Source: Candidatus Babeliales bacterium (lineage in GTDB: Bacteria; Babelota; Babeliae; Babelales; JANWKD01). From it: a DNA stretch of 64,000 nucleotides. Each line of letters starts with the position of its first letter. The first letter of the stretch is position 1. Below the pieces are notes generated by a model that was not told the origin of the DNA, ran no database searches, and saw only the letters and a program-made list of their open reading frames with translations. The translations under genes were made by a program, and so were the position numbers. Shown here piece after piece: positions 42,589 to 50,335 of this stretch. Location: assembly GCA_963722255.1 (NCBI GenBank), contig CAVRJO010000002.1:128001-192000 (forward strand). Direction: 5' to 3'.

Positions 42589-42780
42589 CTACTCCTTTCA
42601 ATGCTTCATTGCTTTTGTGTGGGCTGGCATTATTTATAAAACGAAAGAATATAAATGTCTAGAAAAAAGTCCAATTCTATAGTTCCAATAGATTTATAGA
42701 AGTAGCACTAATTTTATTGCATAAGAAAAAACTAATTTAGTATCATTTTTTTATAATTACTTTTGGTCAAAGGAGTTTTA

Positions 42781-43671
42781 ATGAAAAAGCTTATTATACT
42801 ACTTATTTTTTTTCATATGTCTCTCGAAGCATATAATGCAGGTATACTTCCTTATACAAAAATTAAAGGCAAAATTTACTTCTTGTTGGGCAGAGAAGCT
42901 GGCGGAAGTTCACGTGGTACATGGGCAGATTTTGGCGGAAAAGGAAAAGGATATGAGTCTACAAAGGAAACCGCAATGCGTGAATTTACAGAGGAAACAA
43001 AAGCTGCATTTGCTCAATTTATCGATCCCAATGTAAAAGACTATAAAAGAGCAAAACAATTAAGCAACCAATATATTTCTCCAAGAATGTCACAGCCGAT
43101 TAATAATCCTGGACCAAAAGTATTTTATACCATGTATCTTGCAGAAGTAGATTATATTTCACCGGATGATATTAAAAAAGGAATCTATAGAGATAAGGAA
43201 AAAGATGCATTTGAATGGGTGGATGCTAATGAATTTTCAATACAGTTAAGCCGCAAAACTGCCTATCTTCAAGATTATTATAACTCATTACAAACCAAAC
43301 AAACTACACGGTTTGCCCCATCATTTGGTGATAAAAAAATCCGTCGACCATTTGCAACCTACTTTGTTGATCCTAGAACAAATGCACAGATTAGAAGAAT
43401 CATAGGCCTTCCAAGTCACGGAGCTCCTATAGAAGAAGGAGGCTGGATAAAGCCTGGAAAGGAAGAAGAAGAAGGGTTTTGGGAAGAAGCATACAAAGAA
43501 CCTTACGAAGAAGAAGAATGGATCGTAACGCCAGTTAAAACAACCCCCAAACCTCCATCAGGAAAATTGCCATCAAGAAGCCATGATTACTTAATTCGGT
43601 CATTAAAGAAAACTGCAAAAAAATTACGTAAGCTGAAAGCATTATTGCCTTCTCAAAGGCGTGCATGGTAA
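42781..43671 (+). CDS. Exported Nudix hydrolase
   Basis: Signal peptide; AGILP, FLLGRE, WADFGG, Nudix box G-x5-E-x7-REFTEET. Confidence 0.8.
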   Translation: MKKLIILLIFFHMSLEAYNAGILPYTKIKGKIYFLLGREAGGSSRGTWADFGGKGKGYESTKETAMREFTEETKAAFAQFIDPNVKDYKRAKQLSNQYISPRMSQPINNPGPKVFYTMYLAEVDYISPDDIKKGIYRDKEKDAFEWVDANEFSIQLSRKTAYLQDYYNSLQTKQTTRFAPSFGDKKIRRPFATYFVDPRTNAQIRRIIGLPSHGAPIEEGGWIKPGKEEEEGFWEEAYKEPYEEEEWIVTPVKTTPKPPSGKLPSRSHDYLIRSLKKTAKKLRKLKALLPSQRRAW

Positions 43672-43726
43672 TATCGTATTTACATATTTTCTAGAGATAT
43701 CATAAAAAAACTGCTATATTTAGAAT

Positions 43727-44794
43727 ATGAATATAGCAGTTTTAGTTTCAGGCGGCGTCGATAGTTCCGTAGCATTACGCCTCTTGAAAGATCAAGGACA
43801 TTCAGTCACCGCTTTTTATCTGAAAATCTGGCTTGAAGATGAACTTTCATTTTTGGGCACCTGCCCTTGGCAGGAAGATTTACGTTATGTAGAAGCTGTT
43901 TGCAAACAAGCAAATGTACCTCTTGAGATTGTCTCATTACAAAAAGAGTATTGGGATCGCGTTGTCTCTTATACCATTGCTCAAGTAAAAGCAGGATTTA
44001 CTCCTAATCCCGATATTTTGTGCAACCAGCAAGTAAAATTTGGCAGCTTTTATGCAAAAATAGATGCCTCATTTGATGCAGTTGCCACCGGCCATTATGC
44101 CCAACTTCTCACCGTTAACGGTAAACGAGAATTACATTGTGCTCCTGATCCTATAAAGGATCAAACCTATTTTTTGTCCTATTTGAACCAAGATCAAATA
44201 AAACGAGCTCTTTTCCCCATTGGCCATCTTCAAAAGTCTCAAGTACGAGAAGTTGCTCAATTCTATGATCTGCCTAATAAAGATCGAAAAGATAGCCAAG
44301 GAATATGTTTTTTGGGAAAACTAAAATTCGATCAGTTCCTTAACTACCATTTGGGAGAAAATCCTGGTCCATTGATAGAAATTGAAACCGGGAAGCAATG
44401 GGGAACACACAAAGGTTTCTGGTACTATACCATTGGGCAACGCCAAGGAATCGGTTTAGCCGGTGGTCCATGGTATGTTACTCATAAAAATCCTGAAGAA
44501 AATATTGTGTATATTTCACGCTCCTATTATTCTGCTGAAAAACAACGAAACAGCTTTACCATTGGTAACTGCCACTGGATTTCAGGAGTAGCTCCAGAAT
44601 CTTCCGAACTTTCCGTAAAATTACGGCATGGTCAACATACGCATAATTGTATTTTAGAAAATGCCCAAACTACCAATGCTCTGGTTACACTTAAAGACCG
44701 CGATCAGGGAATTGCTCCCGGACAATTTGCTGTTTTTTATGAGGGGACCAAATGTTTAGGCGCAGGTATTATTAAAGACCATTCTTCTCCATAA
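43727..44794 (+). CDS. mnmA: tRNA 2-thiouridylase
   Basis: SGGVDS, TPNPDILCN, ATGHYA, KDQTYFL, DSQGICF, TIGQR, APGQ. Confidence 0.96.
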   Translation: MNIAVLVSGGVDSSVALRLLKDQGHSVTAFYLKIWLEDELSFLGTCPWQEDLRYVEAVCKQANVPLEIVSLQKEYWDRVVSYTIAQVKAGFTPNPDILCNQQVKFGSFYAKIDASFDAVATGHYAQLLTVNGKRELHCAPDPIKDQTYFLSYLNQDQIKRALFPIGHLQKSQVREVAQFYDLPNKDRKDSQGICFLGKLKFDQFLNYHLGENPGPLIEIETGKQWGTHKGFWYYTIGQRQGIGLAGGPWYVTHKNPEENIVYISRSYYSAEKQRNSFTIGNCHWISGVAPESSELSVKLRHGQHTHNCILENAQTTNALVTLKDRDQGIAPGQFAVFYEGTKCLGAGIIKDHSSP

Positions 44795-44907
44795 CTCCGA
44801 TAATGCCATAAGGTATTAAATTCAGATTGAAATTATAAATATTTCCTGTATACTGAGATATTAGTAACTATTTATTATTAACAATCTAACCTAAAAAATG
44901 GAGTTTT

Positions 44908-46434
44908 ATGAAGGTCACCTCTTTATCCATAGCTTTTATAGTTTGTAGTATACTACAAACTGTTGATTCACAAGCAATGATTCCAGGCAGAAACTTTAAT
45001 GGTACACAAAACGTAGAAACAATGATCACTCTTCAACTTATAGACGATAGTACAGCGACACATTTCTGCATAAAAAGCGTTGCACTTCCTCTTAAACAAA
45101 TTGCGCTTTGTCAAACATTAAGTAATTGTTTAGCAACGGTGACGCAAGAAGAACCACTCATACTCTTCAGCTCATCTATCGTACCTGAAATTTTTGATGT
45201 AGTTGTATCTTTTTTAAATCAACTTGATACACAACCGGCAACCAGAAAAATAATGGAAGATATCATTATTGAAAATTTAGAATGCTTTGCTTTACATCAT
45301 CTTATACCCCTGCTTGATGCAGCATGCCATCTTGATTGCCCTCTTCTTTATGATCTTTTTATTTTTCTCGCCCATGCAAAAATTGAAGAATATTTATTTA
45401 AAAAAAATAATCCTAATGCTGTACTCGTACTCACAAAAAAAATAGAAGAAACGATACACAATAATCAGCTTTTTAAGCATGTCCAATCAACTATAAAAAA
45501 TAAATTAAGCGTAGAGAATCTTGCATTATCATATACAAACTTTTCTTCACCTGATTTCAGTAAAGTAACAACTCGTTTAACAGCTCATGATGCACTTTTG
45601 GTTCTTAATAAAGGAACAAGCTCAATTTCTCTTACTGATTTTTACACACAAAAACTATTAGCTGCCATTGACTCAAATAATGGAATGTGCAATTCAGCCT
45701 ATCTTTCCGGAAATGGGGAAAAAATTGCATCAACAACATGGGAAAACTGTATACGAATTTGGGATGTTTTGGCTCCTGATCGTATTACAGAAATTAGTGC
45801 AGAAAACTGTTTCTTTGATTCAATATGCCTTTCTTATGATGGTGCATATTGTGCTTCTGCAAAACCCGGCGATAGTTCTATCTTCATCTGGGAGACAGCG
45901 ACAGGTAATTGCATCTGTACAATACCTACAAACTTTCCTATTAACGCACTTTGCTTTGTTTCTCAATCATTAACGCTTGCTCTTGTAACCAGCAATCATA
46001 CTATAGTGCTTATAGATACAAATTCAGGTTCTTGTATTGGCAAATTTAGAGGACACAAAGATACGATAACCGGAATTTGTTTTAGCCCCGATAATGATAC
46101 CATTATTTCTTCCTCACGAGATGATTCTATAAAAATTTGGGACATACAAACTGGTAAATGCTTACAGACAATTGTGAGTAGTAACCCATTAGAATCAATA
46201 CACTGCACTTCTGACAATACGCTCATTGCGATTATTTCGACGCATAATTCGATACAAGCAATTTCTTTAATGGATGTAAATAATGCATTCACTCTTTCTT
46301 CGCTTCTTTTTCTTGACTATATGCTTGAAAAAAAAAGAACAAACTCACCGTTCATAGTAAATAATCGCACTCAAGAATTGTATACCCTTTTACCTCAATC
46401 ATATAAAAATGAATTAAAAGAAGCATATATTTAA
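44908..46434 (+). CDS. Exported protein with Skp1/BTB-like N-terminal domain and WD40 repeats
   Basis: WD40: GHKDTITGICFSPD..IISSSRDDSIKIWD; N-terminal LCQTLSNCL..EPLIL and LIPLLDAACHLDCPLLYD. Confidence 0.7.
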   Translation: MKVTSLSIAFIVCSILQTVDSQAMIPGRNFNGTQNVETMITLQLIDDSTATHFCIKSVALPLKQIALCQTLSNCLATVTQEEPLILFSSSIVPEIFDVVVSFLNQLDTQPATRKIMEDIIIENLECFALHHLIPLLDAACHLDCPLLYDLFIFLAHAKIEEYLFKKNNPNAVLVLTKKIEETIHNNQLFKHVQSTIKNKLSVENLALSYTNFSSPDFSKVTTRLTAHDALLVLNKGTSSISLTDFYTQKLLAAIDSNNGMCNSAYLSGNGEKIASTTWENCIRIWDVLAPDRITEISAENCFFDSICLSYDGAYCASAKPGDSSIFIWETATGNCICTIPTNFPINALCFVSQSLTLALVTSNHTIVLIDTNSGSCIGKFRGHKDTITGICFSPDNDTIISSSRDDSIKIWDIQTGKCLQTIVSSNPLESIHCTSDNTLIAIISTHNSIQAISLMDVNNAFTLSSLLFLDYMLEKKRTNSPFIVNNRTQELYTLLPQSYKNELKEAYI

Positions 46435-46654
46435 ATTCTCAATTAGAAATTATTGTATAATTTCTAATTGTTGAGTATTGTGGACTATTTTCAATCTGTT
46501 ATACTTAAGAGCATATAATTAATCCATCAAGTAAAGGAATGCTCATGAAAACGGTCTCTTGAGCTTGATTTAAAACACAATACAGTATTTAAATAAAGTA
46601 GTAGAGGAGCCTCTTTTTTGTTAATCTTAGGTCAAATAACAATTAATAAGCAGA

Positions 46655-47311
46655 ATGAAATTAATGTGTATAAATTTATTCTGCCGTAACAATAACTCGG
46701 GATCATACGTGGATTATACTGCAAATTCAAATTCAAACCAATGGCGTATTACTATACCAACCCTCTTTACATTGGCACGTATTTTTCTTACGCCTGTAAT
46801 TGTCTACTCTATGGTTCAGCAATATTGGCAACAGGCCTTTTATCTTTTTTTAATTGCAGCGGTAAGCGATGTCATTGATGGGGCATTAGCGCGATTATGC
46901 AATGCTAAAACATTTTTGGGTGGATGCCTTGATGCTCTTGCTGATAAATTCTTATTGTTATCATGCTTTGCAACCTTGGCTTTTATACAAACCCCTCATT
47001 TTATTATTCCACGTTGGTTTGTAATCATAGCGTTGCTCAAAGAGTGTATACTTATTGCCGGTTCTTATATCATATTTAAAATGGCTGGGGCGGTCGAAAT
47101 TAAGCCAACAGTTTTAGGAAAAGCTACGACGTTTTTACAGATCTGTTTTATTATCTGGTTTTTCTTTTGTTATTTTTTTCACTGGTTCCCCTTAAAGACC
47201 TATGGACTGATGTTAGGAATATTGCCTACCTTACTTGTTGCATCATTACTTCAATATATCTATATTGGTCTTTGTTTTGTTCAAGAAAAAAAAGGAAACG
47301 GTCATGAATAA
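46655..47311 (+). CDS. CDP-alcohol phosphatidyltransferase (PgsA/cardiolipin synthase-like)
   Basis: TIPTLFTLARI, DVIDGALAR, LGGCLDALADK. Confidence 0.88.
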   Translation: MKLMCINLFCRNNNSGSYVDYTANSNSNQWRITIPTLFTLARIFLTPVIVYSMVQQYWQQAFYLFLIAAVSDVIDGALARLCNAKTFLGGCLDALADKFLLLSCFATLAFIQTPHFIIPRWFVIIALLKECILIAGSYIIFKMAGAVEIKPTVLGKATTFLQICFIIWFFFCYFFHWFPLKTYGLMLGILPTLLVASLLQYIYIGLCFVQEKKGNGHE

Positions 47312-47705
47312 AAACCATGCATTCATCATAACCATTTTTTTAGTTCTATCACTCGTTGCTGCTGAAAAATTAGGTAAAGAATCATTCATCGCACAACCAA
47401 AACCCAAAAAAGAATCTCGTTCAAGCCTTCAAGAAGATATTGCAACACTACTCATGCACACTACACAACAAAATCCACACATCATTGAACGTGAAGCACG
47501 TGTAGAACAACGTCTTCTTCGCTATGGTTCTCAACTTCTTGCGCAAGATAAAAATAGTTTTTTTGCAACTGCCGGCATTAAAGAATTACAAGAATTTCGA
47601 GCACTATTACAAGAACTATCTTCTGCACAAGAAACATATTCACAATTCTTGGTACAATTAGATACAAAATTCAACAAACTTATGTGCAGTTCTGCTAAAA
47701 ATTAA
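47304..47705 (+). CDS. Hypothetical exported helical protein
   Basis: N-terminal hydrophobic segment; overlaps the upstream stop; AAGGA RBS. Confidence 0.6.
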   Translation: MNKNHAFIITIFLVLSLVAAEKLGKESFIAQPKPKKESRSSLQEDIATLLMHTTQQNPHIIEREARVEQRLLRYGSQLLAQDKNSFFATAGIKELQEFRALLQELSSAQETYSQFLVQLDTKFNKLMCSSAKN

Positions 47706-47805
47706 AATTGTTTTTCATTACTTCATTTTAATTTCGCCATTTAAATCAATACTTTTTGTGCTATACTAAAAAAGCTTATTAACCATTACACTGAAAGGAT
47801 TTTTT

Positions 47806-48369
47806 ATGGCTAGCTATAATCGAATTATTATAATTGGAAATTTAACCAGAGACCCGGAGTATAAACAACTACCATCAGGACAACCTGTAACTCGTCTTGG
47901 TATTGCGTCAAATCGCCAATATAAAAACAGACAAACAGGTTCAATGATCCAAGAAGTATGTTTTATTGATGTTGATGTTTTTGGACCTCAAGCAGAAAGC
48001 TGCCGCCAGTATTTACAAAAAGGCCGACCTGCTTTAATTGAAGGTCGTTTAAAATTTGACACGTGGCAATCGCCCGATGGACAAACTCGAACAAAACATT
48101 CAATTGTTGCTGATCGCGTAGTATTTTTAGGATCGAGCCAAGGAGCATCTGAAGTTGAAACTGAAGTTGGGTCCGATTCTTCACAAAGCTCATCCGCTGT
48201 CGATCTTTCAGATCCTAATGTTTCTGCAGCACATGAAAAATTGGGCCGCATTCAAAGCAAAAAGAAATCAACAAGCTTTTCTGGCGCTTCAACGAATGCT
48301 ACCTCATTACCGGCAGGAGAATTTGATTTTAAAGATGAACCACCTTTCCAGGATGACTTACCTTTTTAA
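47806..48369 (+). CDS. ssb: Single-stranded DNA-binding protein
   Basis: NRIIIIGNLTRDPE, IEGRL, acidic tail DDLPF. Confidence 0.96.
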   Translation: MASYNRIIIIGNLTRDPEYKQLPSGQPVTRLGIASNRQYKNRQTGSMIQEVCFIDVDVFGPQAESCRQYLQKGRPALIEGRLKFDTWQSPDGQTRTKHSIVADRVVFLGSSQGASEVETEVGSDSSQSSSAVDLSDPNVSAAHEKLGRIQSKKKSTSFSGASTNATSLPAGEFDFKDEPPFQDDLPF

Positions 48370-48381
48370 TAAAAGAATACT

Positions 48382-49083
48382 ATGAAAAATTCGGTAAAAT
48401 GTTTTGTTATAATGCTTGGTTGCACTATGTTACAGTGTTCTGGTATGCGAAATAGAACACAAGATCTTTCTGCTGAATCTCAAAAATTTGCAGAACATGC
48501 TCGTGAAATTCGGAAAGAAGCTCAACGGCAAAATGCACAAATGGATAATGCTCTAAATATTGTAACCTTTGGGCTTTACGGTTATTTCACCGGATCAAAC
48601 AATCAATCGCAGCAGCAAGGATCTCTCATTACTGATGGACCGCGTTCATATACTATATCAAATGATCGTGAAAAAGAAGAACGGCAAAGGCAAAGACAAC
48701 AATATCAACGTTACTCAAGAGAAAATGAGGACGAAGATGAAGACGATATCCTTGCTACTGCACGTGAAGATGCCAAAAGAGAACGCCTTGGGCTTGATCT
48801 TGACTGGGAAATTGAAAGGACAAAAGATTTATCTGCATCATCTAAAAAATTCTTGTGGCAAGCAGAGAAAAGCAAAAAAACAATCTTTACAATATTGTTA
48901 CACAGTATAACGTGTCCAACTACACGCGATATAGTAGGGCTTACCGGATGCACAATTTGTTGTTATGTGGGCATTAAAAGTTTATTATATCACCATGAAA
49001 ACAGATTTTTCGGTTATAGCGCTACCTTTTTTGGCGCCACCGGAGCAGCTGCTAAGCTTTATGACCTTTTTTTAAAAGAATAA
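48382..49083 (+). CDS. Hypothetical exported protein with two C-terminal hydrophobic helices
   Basis: Signal peptide ending CSG then M; charged middle. Confidence 0.65.
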   Translation: MKNSVKCFVIMLGCTMLQCSGMRNRTQDLSAESQKFAEHAREIRKEAQRQNAQMDNALNIVTFGLYGYFTGSNNQSQQQGSLITDGPRSYTISNDREKEERQRQRQQYQRYSRENEDEDEDDILATAREDAKRERLGLDLDWEIERTKDLSASSKKFLWQAEKSKKTIFTILLHSITCPTTRDIVGLTGCTICCYVGIKSLLYHHENRFFGYSATFFGATGAAAKLYDLFLKE

Positions 49084-49287
49084 TCTATTTTTTTAGGAAA
49101 CTCCTTGAGGAGTTTCCTAAGGTCGTTTACTAAATCTATTCATCTTTCATCAAAACATTTATTGGTATGCCAAAAGAATTTAGCATACTCGCAAGCATTT
49201 CAAATAAATAATACAAATTTATTGACTATTTGAATATAATTTTGAGAATATAAGATTGGAAGTCATTGTCATTGTGAAAGGCATTTC

Positions 49288-49803
49288 ATGAATTCTTATA
49301 GAAGAGCAAGTAACGTAGTGCATTGTTTCAAAAAAAGTTACTATAGTCTAAAATCACTAGTAAAAATTGTATACTTCATTGTTTTGTGTAGTTATTGGCA
49401 ACAAATTAATACCATGAATGGCTACCCAACCTACCCTACTCCGGCATTTCATAAGGTAGAAAAAATAAGCAAAGAATTGCTCATAGATATTAATGCACTT
49501 ACTTTTAATAATGAATTATATGAATTATGGGTTGAAAAATCAGATTATTTATTTAATCAATTTTTAATTTTTGCACGTGCAATTGATGAGCTTGTAACTA
49601 ATCAAGAAGAGTGCCGCTCGTATCTTTTGGAAGATTTACATTATCTTAAAGAGATACTATTCTTAGTAGAAAATTCTTATACAACTATTAGTTGTAAAAA
49701 AATAGCTCATACTAGTAATGAAACTATGTTCACAATCATTCAAGAGAGCAAAACAAAACTAGATGCGCTCTATATTTTAAATCAAGAAATAGTAGCTTCC
49801 TAA
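49288..49803 (+). CDS. Hypothetical protein
   Basis: 171-aa ORF, hydrophobic segment ending INT then MN; start uncertain. Confidence 0.55.
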   Translation: MNSYRRASNVVHCFKKSYYSLKSLVKIVYFIVLCSYWQQINTMNGYPTYPTPAFHKVEKISKELLIDINALTFNNELYELWVEKSDYLFNQFLIFARAIDELVTNQEECRSYLLEDLHYLKEILFLVENSYTTISCKKIAHTSNETMFTIIQESKTKLDALYILNQEIVAS

Positions 49804-49879
49804 CGCTAATTCTCAAGAACTCCTGCTTAACTCAAGATTATTTGTCTTGCATTTTGAACTGCAGTAATCATAAATAGTA

Positions 49880-50144
49880 TATCAGGGCAAACGCATTTAA
49901 AGTGTCGAATTCAAAAGGGAAATAACTTTCTTGAAGCAACAATAAATTCCCGCCTGTCATTGCGAGCGCATGCGTGGTGACCCAGTTATAAAGACTTTTA
50001 ATTTTATTACTGGGTCACCACGGACCTCTTTGAGGCCCTCGTGATGACATTGTGATTAATTTGTTAACTTTGCTTTGATAAATCACAGTAATCTTGTATC
50101 AATATAAGCTTAAAATCTGAATTTTTAGTGCAATTGCCCTGATA
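49880..50144. mobile_element. Candidate MITE with about 22-bp imperfect terminal inverted repeats and TA flanks
   Basis: TATCAGGGCAAACGCATTTAA at left vs reverse-complemented right end TATCAGGGCAATTGCACTAAA. Confidence 0.55.
49955..50049. repeat. About 95-bp palindromic element, copy 2
   Basis: TGTCATTGCGAG...GTGGTGACCCAGT...ACTGGGTCACCAC...CTCGTGATGACA; inverted homolog of 35082-35181. Confidence 0.8.
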
Positions 50145-50335
50145 GTATCTAGTAACTCTAAAAAACCTACCGTGCAAAATTTTTGTTATAGAATTTCATA
50201 GCATTCAAGAATTAAAACTTAATAAAAAAATAAGTTGCCACTAGAAAAAATATTATTCTATAGTATTGCCTTGTTTGGCAAAAATATGGTTTTATTTTGA
50301 TGGGATTTAATTTTAAATAAAACTTAGGGGTAGTT

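Noticed and set aside
49093..49120. Perfect 13-bp inverted repeat as an intrinsic terminator
   Set aside because: No T-tract follows on either strand; function cannot be assigned
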